64,000 nt of DNA from Octopus vulgaris (GCA_951406725.2 OX597815.1:48422001-48486000); one strand, 5' to 3'. Shown: positions 12,209 through 25,959, counted from the stretch's first letter. Program-made: numbers and translations. Notes: generated from the letters alone by a model not told the origin.

Positions 12209-12768
12209 CTTTATGCATTCAATAGAAGACGATACAGAAAAGTTAAAAAAAAAGAAAAAAAAACCCTAACACTTAATTCTTTACTGATGTTATGGGAGAC
12301 TCATAACGTCGTTTATTTCTTTTGTGTGTCGTTATCTTTACTGTTTGTTTGTTTGTTTGTTTCTTTGTTTGTTTATTTTTTTTATTGAATTGTAATTAGC
12401 CATCAATACAGGGATATTGAATGTAAGATATCATGCAATATATTTTGCATTGATTTCTTGAGCCCAACACAATCTACTCTGATGCATTTATAGGCATCTG
12501 CATGCATCATCTGAGTGGATGCATGCATACATATATATATGTAAATATGTATGTATATATATGTATATCTGTGTGTGTGTATATATGTATTTATATATAT
12601 ATATGTGTGTGTGTGTGTGTATGTATATATACTTATGTATTTATATGTATATATACATGCATACATACAGACACACATGCACACACACACACACATATAT
12701 ATATATACACATATGTATATATACAAATATATATACATACATATATGTGAGTATCCCTCTCTCTCTCG

Positions 12769-12825
<57 letters not shown>

Positions 12826-12867
12826 TATATATATATCTATACATAAAGATATATATATGTATATGAT

Positions 12868-12900
<33 letters not shown>

Positions 12901-12923
12901 TTATGTGCATATATATACATATA

Positions 12924-12958
<35 letters not shown>

Positions 12959-13777
12959 ATCTTTGAGTGTGTGTAGATTATTATAACTATGTTCAAAGAA
13001 ACAAATAAAGAACTGTCCAGCTACTTTGATCTGTTGCAAAGTATTTGTATGTTTGCCTGCAATATTGAGAATAGGTAGCTTCAAATTTGAAATACACTAT
13101 CTCTAATTATGACAGAATGACTAGCATCATTGAACATGGAAACATACTTAACTGCTTTCATACAGATGCACACATATATCTATGCACATACACATTCTTA
13201 CGCATATACGTATATATGCACACACATACACACACACATATATAAACTCATATAGTCACATACACATATTCACATGTACACACACTTGTGTGTGCGAAAG
13301 AGTGATGAAAAGGAAATGAAACCGAATTTAGCAAAATCTACAGTAAAAGTTATCTTTTCATAACTAGTTTTCTCTCAGAGAAGCTGTAACAATATATATG
13401 TGTGTGTGTGTGTGTGTGCCTGCACACACACATGCACATAACCAAATACATATAAACACATACATAATGAGTATTAATTGTTGAAATTTTAAGCAGAATT
13501 GTATAGTTGTAGAGATGTAATAATTACATATATATATAAAAAAAAGAAGAAAAATGCAAGAATCTAATAGAACTGGAGTCCATGTCTCCCCAGAGTAATG
13601 ACAATTTCATTTAATGTGTAAACACATGTTCCTGCTAAGTCCTTGTTAGTCAAACAAGGAAGTTAATTCTGTGCTGCATGTGTGCCCTAACACATGTATA
13701 TAAATTAACTTAATCTACATGAACAGACACACACAAATTCACAAACTCACACACTTTTCCCTCACTCTCTCCCTCTA

Positions 13778-13818
<41 letters not shown>

Positions 13819-14032
13819 CTTGCACACCTCCTCTTGTATATGTTTGTGTGTCTGTGTTTGTCACTGTGTGTTTACATCCCCACAACTTAGCAGTTCAGCA
13901 AAAAAGTCGAGTAGAATAAGTACTAAGCTTACAAAGAATAAGTCCAGGGGTCGATATGTTCAACTAAAGGCAGTGCTTCAGCATGGCTGCAGTGAAATGA
14001 TTGATTGAAACAAGTAAAAGAATAAAAGAATA

Positions 14033-14088
<56 letters not shown>

Positions 14089-14498
14089 CATACATACATA
14101 CATACATACACACAGTCACACATACATGCACATATACATATATGCATATTATTCTCATCATTGGTCAAAGTATAAAAAAATAGGATCCAGAACATTATAT
14201 GTTAAGAAATTACATGACTGTTCATATTTGAGACAAGTGGATAGAAATAACCAGGATGGACCTGAATACTGAGATGAAATAGTGATGATGAATTGTGAAG
14301 GGGAGCAGAAGTTCAAGGGTGTATAGGTTTGTCAGTAATGAGGAATGGGTGAGAGAGAAAATATAATGAAAAACAATGGTTGTGGAGTGGATGATGATAT
14401 ATTTTATTACTGATGTTTATTTTGTGTGTGCCTGTGCATAGCTGGGTGGATCATGTTTCTATTATTTTTAATTGTATTATTTTACTTCAGTCAGATAA

Positions 14499-15430
14499 CA
14501 CTGTATAACACAATTTTCGTCCTTGGGTAGCAACTGTTATTTCTTATTTGGTTACCCCTACAAAGTATGAAAAATGTATTTGTGAGCAACTTCTATTTGA
14601 AAAGGGGAATTTTTCCCGAAATATATTAGGATTATTAAGCAACCTATATAAGATAATATTTCCATTCATTGACATTACCTCACATATTTTGAATAAGTCC
14701 TCATCTGCATTGCTCAAAATGTTTTGCAAATATTTATTTTATTTACACATTATTTGTGATGTTACTTATAGCTGCAAGCACCAAACCATAGTGGAATACC
14801 TTGTTGGACATAAGTAAAATACTAAGTGACTGATAAATTACACTAATACTAAGTGACTGATAAATTACACTGTGTAACAAAACATTTATTTTTTGCATTT
14901 GATCATAATCAGTAAGTGTCATTTCCTACTTGCTTCTACCTAGGAATTAAAGGAAGTGACCACCATTCCCTTCAAACTTTGCTTTTATGACATGGACATC
15001 AATATTTTGAAACTGACCTATTTTCCATTTCATTTCAGACACATTTAGCACTGTGTTGCTGAAGCAGAAAAAGCATTATAATAAATATTTGCTCAATACC
15101 CCAGATTTGCTTGTCAGTTCCTTGACTTTAACCACTTGAACATGTCCTTTAGTGGCTAACAACATGTGTGTCTCTGATCATGAGCAGGAGTAGTTGGGGA
15201 GCATCATAGCCATGTGTTGAGAAGGAATCTTTGGGATTTGAATACATGTAATAAAAGCAAAGTTTGGAGGAAATATTAGCAGCTATAAGTAACTTCATAA
15301 ATGTTATGTAAATATTTTTAAAACATTTTGAATGGAAACATTACTTTACATAAGTTGTTTAACAATTCTATAATATTTCAGGAAAAGCTCCCCTTTTCAA
15401 ATAAAAGAAGTCACTCACAAATACATTCCA
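14499..15430. mobile_element. Rearranged copies of a CACTG-terminal DNA transposon derivative (same family as 20528-21121)
   Basis: 14499-14548 is the reverse complement of 21070-21121. 14868-15068 matches 20528-20730. Inverted similarity between about 14574-14776 and 15279-15428. Confidence 0.7.
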
Positions 15431-16204
15431 ACTTGGGGCACACAAATATGCTGAGTACTCTCTTTTTTCTACCACTACTAAAGTGGCCTCTGTTTATCAC
15501 AGTCCCATTTTTACTTATGCACTCATGACTCACTCACTGCTCCTCTTGTCACCCATACTGCCTCCCTGACAAACAGCACTCTATGTTCTGGTATTTCTCT
15601 CCGGAGTGTTAGCCCTCTGTATTGGTAGACACATAAAATAATATACATCATTATTATCGTCATTGCTTTGGTGTTCATTTTTCCATGCTTGCATGGGTTC
15701 AATGGAGTTCATTGAAGTTTATTTTCTGCAGCTGAATGCTTTTCCTGTCTGCAACTTTTACCTGTTTTCAAGCCAGTTAATATTTCTCCATGGTTAGACA
15801 TGTTTTTATGTAAGACTAGAAATGAATTACTCCATTAGTATAATGCTGATGTTCATTTACAACTACTATATGATGTCAAGAGAAAGAAGCACAAACACAC
15901 CCATAAATATGCATGTTTTGTGTAACTGATCTCTAACAGAATGCAATAAAGTGTTCTCTTTATTATCCTCTGCAGTTGGGCATCCAAATGCCCTTGAATC
16001 ATTCAATTTAACTGCACTGGTGAAATGTATGTGGGAACTAGATATTTATACAGATGTAAATCTTAATTTCCCACTATGTATTCATTCAGTTATCTAAGCC
16101 TGAAGAGCTAGGTTTGTTTTATGAGCCCACAAAACTTTAAGTTGCATGGAACCAAGCCAGCTTGTTATATAACTGTTACACACACACACATATATGTATG
16201 TGTA

Positions 16205-16375
16205 TATATATGATGGGTTTCTTTTGGTTTCTGTCTACCAAATCAACTGACAAGGCTTTGGTTGGTCCAGGGCTATTGAAGAACACACTTCTTCAAGGTA
16301 CCACAGGGTGAGATTGAACCGAAAACCACATGGTTGGGAGGCACACTTCTCAACCACATAATCATGATTGCACCT
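16205..16375 (-). mobile_element. SINE family A, head
   Basis: Similar to the other family A copies. Confidence 0.7.
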
Positions 16376-16377
<2 letters not shown>

Positions 16378-16407
<30 letters not shown>

Positions 16408-16759
16408 TGTATGTATGTATGTATGTATGTATGTATGTATGTATGTATGTATGTATGTATGTATGTATGTATGTATGTATGTATGTATGTATGTATGTAT
16501 GTATGTATGTGTATGTATGTATGTATCTATGTACGTATGTATCTATCTATCTATCCATCCATCTATCTCTCTATCTATCAATCTATGTCTGTCTGTCTAT
16601 CTATCTATCTGTTTGTCTGACAGTCTGTCTATCTATTTATTAATACATACATACATACATACATATATATACATACATACATATATACATACATACATAC
16701 ATACACACTAACATACATACACATGCACATACATACACACACATACATACATGCATACA

Positions 16760-16790
<31 letters not shown>

Positions 16791-16895
16791 GTACCAACAT
16801 ACATACACACATACATACACACACACATACATACATACATACATACATACATACATACATACATACATACATACATACAGACATACATACATATA
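16378..16895. repeat. (TATG)n, (TCTA)n and (CATA)n microsatellite complex
   Basis: Directly visible. Confidence 0.95.
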
Positions 16896-17340
16896 GATAA
16901 ATAGAGAGATTATCAAGAGAGGTTGAATCCTTTCACTATTACTGCAATAATTAAATCAAAAGACCAAATCAAACTTGTGTGATGATATTTATTTTCACAC
17001 TCATTAACAACAGATACTGATGTAAAAACGAGTTAAATATTGGCAATAATTACAAGAATCAACTGTAATTGTTGTTGCTCTTCCCCACCACTGTTGCTGT
17101 TGACTGTATTTGTGTTTTTGTGTTTTATTTTTGATACCTAATTTTTTAAAAGTCTTTATTTATTTTGTTAGCATATTTTTTTGTTTCAGTGCAAGTAATT
17201 TAAAAAAAATATTTTTATATATATATAGATTAATGAAATGGATCAGTCTTATCCACAATCTCACTACCATCTTTATAGCACCACACACACACACACACAC
17301 ACACCACATGTAACGTTTCTCCCTCCCACAACCATTCCAG

Positions 17341-17592
17341 TGCCCTGATGTTGTGGAAGAGAAGTTGGAAGAAGTGAGTGGAGACGAAACTTCAATCCTG
17401 GCCCGACCTCACACCTTCCAGTACAGTACCCACATTAATAACTATCACAAGCAGCAGCACCACCACCACACTACTATCACTGCTACAATCACCAGCGTTG
17501 ACGCTGCCACTGCCACCACTTCTGGTTCTATCAACTTTAACAAAATAACTACAAAGCAAATTTTGCAATACCAACATCGTCATTTACCATAG
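17341..17592 (+). CDS. Candidate plus-strand exon: either 33-nt CPDVVEEKLEE (17341-17373) or read-through to the stop at 17592
   Basis: Acceptor taac..ttctccctcccacaaccattccag|, donor GAA|gtgagt; frame open for 83 codons. Confidence 0.3.
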   Translation, partial: CPDVVEEKLEEVSGDETSILARPHTFQYSTHINNYHKQQHHHHTTITATITSVDAATATTSGSINFNKITTKQILQYQHRHLP

Positions 17593-18051
17593 GAAAAACA
17601 ACAGCAACATAGATAAATAATAAATAATAAACAAATAAATAAATAAATGAATAAAGAAATAAATAAAAGAAAGAAAGAAATGGTAGCAAGGAGGAGCAAG
17701 TAGATCAAAGTTTCATAAAGAAGTTTAAAAAAAAAGAAATATATAGGAATAAATTTTTTTAAAAATCAAGAAAAAAAAGAGAAAATTATCAAAAATAAAA
17801 AAGATAAAAACAAACTTTATAAAAATATGTTATAAAACTATAAAAAAAATTAATTCAAAAGATTATTAAAAGCTAAATAAATTATGAAATTTATAAAATT
17901 ATAAATAGTGACATAAAAAAAAACTATAAAATTATAAATATAAAATCATTAAAAAATTATGAAATAATTTAAAATTTAAAAATGAATAAATAAATAAATT
18001 GAGATTTTAAGACATTGTGATATCATATTTAAAAAGTTATCATCATCATCA

Positions 18052-18092
<41 letters not shown>

Positions 18093-19155
18093 TCTATTAT
18101 TATTATTATTATTATTATTAACTTTTTTGATGGTGGCAAGGGTGAGTGGGTTGTTTGTTATTGTTATTGAAGTGATAGTTGCTGTTGTAATTGTTGTTTT
18201 ATTTTGTTGTTGTTGTTGTTGCTGTAGATATTGTTGTAGTTCGATTGTTGTTACAAATGTGAATGTTATTGTTGTTGTTGAGATTATTTTTACTCTTATG
18301 GTCACCATCATCATTAGTATTGTTGCTGTTCCTGTTTTGTTCTAGTTATTGTTGTTGTTGTTGCTGCTGCTGCTGCCAGCCAATTTAGATTATAATTAAT
18401 GCTTATCTTGTTTTGTCTCAATGAAACAGCTTTGCTAATGCTATCTTCTGTTTATATTCATGCATAATCAAATCTAGCAAAATCAAGGGTAAACACTGAC
18501 TGATGGTCACTTATATAGGGAAAGGGGTGTAACTCTACTGGGGTCAGTCGAATGATGGGTACATAGTGGAGAAGTAGGGTGCTTGGGAATTAGAGCTGGC
18601 TCCGTGATTTCTGACCCAATAATTTCACTTAACCAGATATGATTACAATAGCACATTTACATACACTCATACATTTATGCATAAACATGCACATACATGC
18701 ACACACACATAAAAACATATAAGATTCATTCATGCATAAATGCACATACACGTTGAGATGCATGTGTATGCATACATGCATGTACAAAATTTTTGTTGTT
18801 TACAAACATCCCATACCATTTAGGCAGAGTAACAAGTACTTATGGAGACACATGGTTACAGACATGCAAAAATTCATTTACACATTCATACACATACTAA
18901 GAAAAACACACATTTACACACACTCAAGTTCACCTAGTCGTTTATATACACACAAGACAAATACACACACATACTTACAGACTCATACATATATGTATAT
19001 TTCTATAAAACACACGTAAATTTTTATACAGTCACAAGCCCATCAACTTCAACAGACAAGGAAACACAGAGATACATACTGACAAATGTATACATATGTA
19101 CACACACAGAATTTTATTGAGAAATAAAATATTCCAACCAAAGGGCTTGATTTTT

Positions 19156-19865
19156 TTCACTAAGCATTTTCCAATGCAAATAATTTTTATTGAGTTTTGT
19201 GTCTCTTGGTCCAGAGTTCAAATAACACTTAAGTCTGATTCGATATTTTACCCTTCAACTTTCAAGCTCGACAAAACTAAGTACCTACAATACCTGAAGG
19301 TGTAGGTATTGCTGTGTGGTAAAAAGTTTGCTTCTCAACCGCATGGTTCCAGGTTCAGTTCCACTGGGTGACACCTTGACAAATGTCTTCTACTATAGCC
19401 TCAGGCCAACCAAAGCCTTGTGAGTGGAGTTGGTAGATGGAAACTGAAAGAAGCCCATCGTATATTTATATATGTGTGTGTGGGTGTCTTTGTGTCTATG
19501 TTTGTCCCCACCATTCACTAAGCATTCTCCAATACAAAAAATTTTTATTTAGTTTTGTGTCTCGTGGTCCAGAGTTCAAATGACGCTTAGGTCTGATTCG
19601 ATATTTTACCCTTCAACTTTCAAGCTCGACAAAACTAAGTACCTACAATACCTGAAAGTGTAGGTATTGCTGTGTGGTAAAAAGTTTGCTTCTCAACCGC
19701 ATGGTTCCAGGTTCAGTTCCACCAGGTGACACCTTGACAAGTGTCTTCTACTATAGCCTCAGGCCGACCAAAGCCTTGTGAGTGGAGTTGGTAGATGGAA
19801 ACTGAAAGAAGTCCATCTTATATATGTGTGTGTGGGTGTCTTCATATCTATGTTTGTCCCCACCA
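19156..19865 (+). repeat. Tandem duplication, period 358 bp, each unit containing a SINE A head
   Basis: ttcactaagcatt... starts at both 19156 and 19514; high identity throughout. Confidence 0.92.
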
Positions 19866-20527
19866 CTGCTTGACATGTGTTGGTGTATTTATGTCCCTGT
19901 AACTTAGTGGTTTGGCAAAAAAGGCTGATAGAATAAGTACCAGGTTAAAAAAAAAATGTATTGGGTTTGATTCATTCAACTAAAAATTCTTCAAAGCAGT
20001 GGATCAACCTGGCTGCAGTCTAATAACTGAAACAAGTAAAAGATAAAGATATATTTTACAAGGTGTCAAGTAATGTATCTACCCCAACCAATCAGTTCTT
20101 GAACCAAGAACAATAATTTTCATTCTTCACAAGTTGGCTGATTTTATAAAACTGTCAGGCAACATGCTTTGTAGTATATAGTTATAAGTCTTTTATGTTC
20201 TGAGTTCAGATATATTCAGGATTGACTTTGCTTTCTGTCCTGCCAGAGTCGATAAAAAAAACATTGCAAATTAAGTCCTGGAGTTATTTTATTTAACTAT
20301 ATATAAGTAGGTTGGCAGAATAATCATTAGAGTATTAGACAAAATAACACATGGCATTTGTCTCAGCTCTTTACATTCTGAGTTCAAATACTGCTGAAGT
20401 CAACTATGCCTTTCATCTTTCTAGGGTTGATAAAAAAAGTTACCAGTCATATATTGGGTTGATGTAATTGACTAATCCTTCACTTCAAAAATTGCTAACC
20501 TTGTGCCTCCATTATAAACATTAATTA

Positions 20528-21121
20528 CACTGTGTAACAAAATTTAATTTTTTTTTGTCTTTGATCAGTAAGTGTTTTTTTTTCTTTTTGCTTCTCTTTA
20601 GAAATCAAAGGAAATGACTACTATTCCTTTCAAACTTTGCTTTTGTGACCTGGACATCAAGGTTTTGAAACTGACCTATTTTCCATTACATTTCAGACAA
20701 ATTCAGCACTGAATTGCTGAAACAGAGTTTTCTAGGACTTTTTAGAAGTTTTGAGGACTTGTCAAGTTTTTAAATGTTTCAAGAATTTCTAGAACATAGA
20801 TGGCAGTATAAATACTGGGATTGTAAGCTCAACAGTTGAGTTTACTTCTAGCTGTCCAAGTGGAGACAAGTCATTCTTGAGAGCTACATTCATCACAGAT
20901 GGCATCAGGAGGTTGTAAGCATCCAGCAGACGCATTTTGCTGTATGTGGCGAATTTATCAAGACAAAAGTGAAAAAGTACTCTGGCAACATCTGCTAAAA
21001 TGTGTGAAGCCTACAAGGTATATATTGTCTCATAAGCAAAGTTTGAAAGAAATATTTGTCATTTTTAAGCAAATAAGAAATAACAGTTGCTACCCAAGGG
21101 CAGAAATTGTGTTATACAGTG
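20528..21121 (+). mobile_element. Internally deleted DNA transposon with cactgtgtaacaaaattt/aaattgtgttatacagtg TIRs; possibly Tc1/mariner-related Sailor/HvSm type
   Basis: TIRs visible. Frameshifted transposase N-terminus MASGGCKHPADAFC/VCGEFIKTKVKKYS/SAKMCEAYK at 20899-21022. Family name is inferred. Confidence 0.7.
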
Positions 21122-21682
21122 TTATAAATTGGGGTAGTGGAGTGGCAGAATCATTAAAGTGTTAGACTAAATGCTATGAGATTTTTGGTTTAGCTGTTTA
21201 TATTCTGGGTTCAGATCAGGCTGTAGTAAACTTTGCCTTCATCCTCCTGAGGCTGATTTAATCCACTGTCTCCTCTTCTTATAATTGCTGGCCTTGTAAT
21301 AAAATAAGAAAGAATTATTATAACTGTTCTGAAATCAAAGGTGGAAGGAATGAACTGGTTTAGATAATTTATAGTTCAAATTCTAATGGAGTCAGTTTTG
21401 CATTTCATCACTCTAAGATTGATAAAATAATTACCTCCCTCTCAAGATCAATCAAACAGTACCTGTAATATAATGAGAGTAGGTTCAATCTATAATCTTA
21501 CTCTCTGACAAATACTGACCTAGTGGCCTGATCTAAAGAAATCAATTTTATTACTGTACTCAGTTTGGAGTAGCTGTTATTAGTCTTCTATTCTCTTCCA
21601 GCACTGAAGTATTAGTATCTAAAGTAATATTTATTTTATATTCATCATTAAACCATGTTGTTATCATGTTCATCACCAAACA

Positions 21683-21735
21683 TCAAAATTCATCTCTAAA
21701 TAATTCAACACCAACAACAGTTGTGTTCACAGTAT
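21683..21735 (-). CDS. Candidate terminal exon, (D)TVNTTVVGVELFRDEF*
   Basis: Strong acceptor tttttatctcttttcatctcaccaattgatttctgcag|, phase 1; ends in KDEL-like RDEF. Confidence 0.3.
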
Positions 21736-22282
21736 CTGCAGAAATCAATTGGTGAGATGAAAAGAGATAAAAATGTATTAAATGAAAAGTTAAGGCTTTT
21801 GTTGTTCCGTATCTGTTTGCATAAATATAGGGAAGATTAAGAATGATAATCTTTATGGAACACTTTGTTTCATATTAAAAAAAAAATTAAAAGTCTTAGC
21901 CAATAAAGAAATAACTGTAAAAAATAAAATGAATAAGAAATAAATTTTAGAAAATATATTATAAAAACATTAAACCATTACAAACAAATAAACAGACCTA
22001 ATTTTAAAAGGCTGTTTTTAAAAGTTTGGTTTATCATATGATATTCTGTTGTCAAATATTTATCACACTTAAGCCAATTATTATGTAAATATCCTTAATT
22101 GTTATTGTTGTTACTGTTGTCGTAGGTTTTGGTGCTTTGTTTATTTCATGCAGCTAGCTCTGTCTCAACTTTGCCTTATGATGATGAGGAGTCTCAATAA
22201 ATTCTTTGCAACAACCTATATATGTTGAACACCTGCATTGTCATGTTTCAGTCAACCCTTTCTAGATCTTATTACACCTTCT

Positions 22283-23107
22283 TTAACCCTTTTGGCATCC
22301 AAATTACTCCGTCAAGTTGTAATGATGTAATAATCTTTCATCATGTGATACAAGATCACCTCCTCCAATGCTGCACACCTCTCAAAGATTCCTTGTCTTG
22401 CAAATTACTTGGTGCCCCTGGCAGTGCTTGTGACATGTGAAATGCACCCAGTCCACACTGTGAAGTGGTAGGCATCCAGCTATTAAAAATCATGCCAAAA
22501 CTGACCTTGCCCATGCAGATGCCACATAAAAAGCTCTCAGTCCACTCTACAGGTTGGTTGGTGTCAGGAAAGGTATCCAGCCATAAAACCCATGCCAAAA
22601 CAAATACAGTGGCCTGGTGTAGTCTTCTACCGGGCCAACTCTTGTCAAACTGTCCAACTCATGCCAGCATGGAAAATGGACGCTAAATGATGATGATGAT
22701 TCTTTTGAATTCATCATTTATTATCTTGTGGCTTTGAGATTTCGATGGTGTGATTGTTTATTTTTTAGAATGGCATTATCAGGTAAGTGTAAGAAACTGA
22801 ATCTGGCCAGATTGATCCTAAAACAAATAGATATTATTGACTTGTAGATACACAATATTTTGTTATACAACTACAATATGCTACAAAGTATTTTCACCAT
22901 TTTTATAAGTCAGTACTGTGTACTACTGTGTTAGCAGTGCACTTAAATCACGTGTTAAAGTCATCTCATTAGATTATGTATAGAGATTATTGGCATCAAT
23001 GATTTTGTTACAACGTTTCATATCTGAAATGTCACATGCAAACATACAATGCAAAACTAATGGAATATTTGGACTGGATATGGTTGGTTTAAATGCTAAA
23101 GCGTTAA
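22283..23107. mobile_element. piggyBac-type MITE (TTAA-flanked) with nested insertions
   Basis: ttaa-cccttttggcat ... atgctaaagcg-ttaa. Contains an RTE-type 3' end at about 22330-22700. Confidence 0.6.
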
Positions 23108-23229
23108 CCCTTTTGTTACTGTATTTATTTTGAGATGCTCTGTGTTTCTTTCAAGTAAAAGATGTGTGCGTGTGTATGTATGTATGTATGTATGTATGTG
23201 TGTATGTATTATGTGTGTGTATGTATATC

Positions 23230-23582
23230 GTTACCTGCGTTGCCTTACTGGCACTTGTGCTGGTGGCATGTGAAAGAGCATTTGGGCGAGGTCGTTGCCA
23301 GTGCCGCTGGACTGGCTCCTGTGCAGGTGGCACATAAAAAGCACCAATTGAGCGTGGCCATTGCCAGTACCTCCTGACTGGCCCTCGTGCCGGTGCCATG
23401 TAAAAGCACCCACTACACTCTCAGAGTGGTTGGCGTTAAGAAGGGCATCCAGATGTAGAAACTCTGCCAGGTCAGATTGGAGTCTGGTGCAGCCATCTGG
23501 TTTGCCAGACCTCAGTCAAATCATCCAACCCATGCTAGCATGGAAAGCGGACGTTAAACAATGATGATGATGATGATGATGA

Positions 23583-23585
<3 letters not shown>
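23230..23585 (+). mobile_element. RTE LINE 3' end
   Basis: 3'UTR repeats, catgctagcatggaaagcggacgttaaa and (GAT)n. Confidence 0.88.
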
Positions 23586-23654
<69 letters not shown>

Positions 23655-23658
<4 letters not shown>

Positions 23659-24499
23659 TAAGTAATTAAGGGTTTAGCAACGATTTGCCTCACCACACAC
23701 CGAATTTAGAAATAGCAGTCAAAGAGTTATAGCTATTCTTTCTACTAAAAGGGAGATCTCAGTAAAACCACAGCACTTGAAAGGCAAACACAGACAGGCA
23801 AGAGAGAAAGAAATGACGGCAATCTATCATACAATTTTAAGTCACCTACGGACGTACGTTTCGAAATTAAGTTTTAGGAAAGCATAAGAATTAGATAATT
23901 ATGTCTTACCCAACTTCTTTTCTCATCAGCGTAGGACACTACAATTATGAATAATTGTATATTAAATTCCGAGATACTAGAAGGCATCATCTCAACTCAG
24001 TATCAGAGCGAGCTAAAACCGTTACCAGTATCACCAAATTCAAAGTGTGAATGAAAGTTTGTGTCACCAACCCCTTCCCACCAGCGTGTAGCCAAGACAA
24101 GATGTTGTGGTCATCTACTGGGATGAAATATGGTTATCAGAAGTTGGGTAAGACATAATTATCTAATTCTTATGCTTTCCTAAAACTTAATTTCGAAACG
24201 TACGTCCGTAGGTGACTTAAAATTGTATGATAGATTGCCATCATTTCTTTCTCTCTTGCCTGTCTGTGTTTGCCTTTCAAGTGCTGTGGTTTTACTGAGA
24301 TCTCCCTTTTAGTAGAAAGAATAGCTATAACTCTTTGACTGCTATTTCTAAATTCGGTGTGTGGTGAGGCAAATCGTTGCTAAACCCTTAATTACTTAGT
24401 ATTACTTAAACTTTCCTCGAATGAGGCTTTTACATGCCGAAATCTACTTGGTGAAATTAATGATTATTCCAAATTAATTAATTTCACCCTATATTATTA

Positions 24500-24503
<4 letters not shown>
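23655..24503. mobile_element. Very young PLE-type fold-back: 264-bp inverted arms 23655-23918 and 24139-24402, 220-bp spacer, ~100-bp tail, embedded in (TA)n
   Basis: Arms identical except for one mismatch seen (gacggc versus gccatc). Confidence 0.92.
23845..23935 (-). ncRNA. Canonical type I hammerhead ribozyme with extended helix II
   Basis: Minus strand: cctacg-CTGATGA-gaaaagaagtt...aacttaatttc-GAAAC-gtac-GTC-cgtagg. Perfect 6-bp helix I, intact core, palindromic helix III (ACGTACGT), GUC cleavage triplet. Confidence 0.88.
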
Positions 24504-24540
<37 letters not shown>

Positions 24541-25699
24541 GTGCAAGTTCAGTGGTTAGAGTGTTGGGCTTACAACTGTAAGGTTGTGAGTTTGATTTCT
24601 GGACTGCGCTGATTTTTTCCCTGTAAATTTGGATTTATTCCCTAATATTTATTATTATATATATACACACACACACATGCACACATATGCATAAATATAG
24701 GATACATATAAATTATACACTAGATAGCATAGCTGCTGAACTAAAATTCTACCTTATTCACGCAAGTATCCAACTACAAACTAATACACTTAAGAATATG
24801 TATAAAGACACATATTAAACGCATACAGGCTTTATCCTATATACATAAACATGCACAGGTATAAAAATACACGCATAAATACAAACATAACATATATACT
24901 TATAGAAACACATAGGTATACAGACATTCACGCACACAATCATACGCACACATTTTTATATTTATTAAAGGGATATACTATCCTGGTGGTTACCGTGTTT
25001 CTTCTTAAGTTGGTTTCAGATGCTGGCTAACCACAATGGTCCTTTAGTGATACCTGAGTTAACAATTAGTTGCCACAGGTGAAACATGTGTAGGTCCCTA
25101 ATGATGCTGTATATAACTGTTATATATAAAATTTTGGATGTGAAAAATCTCTGCTCCCCTTATCATTATTAATTATATATATTTGTGTGTGTGTTCACTG
25201 AAACACAAACACACACATATAGCCATACAAAGTCAACTACACACATACACACACAAATAGAAATAAATACACACACACAGATTGATATATATGCAAACAA
25301 ATACCCACGCAGACTACATATGCACATTGTACAAACATGAAGACAAATAAGTGCACATATATATATATACATTTTATATATTTATACTGTGAAATTTGAT
25401 TTAATACTAAATCGAATTTTTCCATGTAAGTTTGGAGCTATACTCCTTAATATTATTATATATATATATATACACACACACAGACATATACACATACACA
25501 ATACAAACTCATGGACATATATACAAACATTTGGGGATACACACACACACAGCACGCACATGTATATATGAGTAAATATGTACTTTATTATGGACAGACA
25601 TAATATTCTATATACCAAAACACTTTAAACAATCATTACATTTGTTATTGACAAAATTTCTTTGAAAATATTAATATAATCTCTGTTTCAAGTATTACT

Positions 25700-25789
25700 A
25701 TGTCACATCACTGCCATTACAACCACCATCACCAACGACTTTCTTCACCACCATCACTGCTGTTGTCCAGCACCACCACCACCACCACC

Positions 25790-25820
<31 letters not shown>

Positions 25821-25876
25821 GTACTACTACTACCATCACCAAAGCTACTCTCACCATCACCACCACTGCCACAACC

Positions 25877-25959
<83 letters not shown>

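Noticed and set aside
12166-12269. Plus-strand terminal exon reading GTKLTNSSFSALFAFMHSIEDDTEKLKKKKKKP*
   Set aside because: The poly-K is better explained as the minus-strand polypyrimidine tract of the microexon; not fully excluded.
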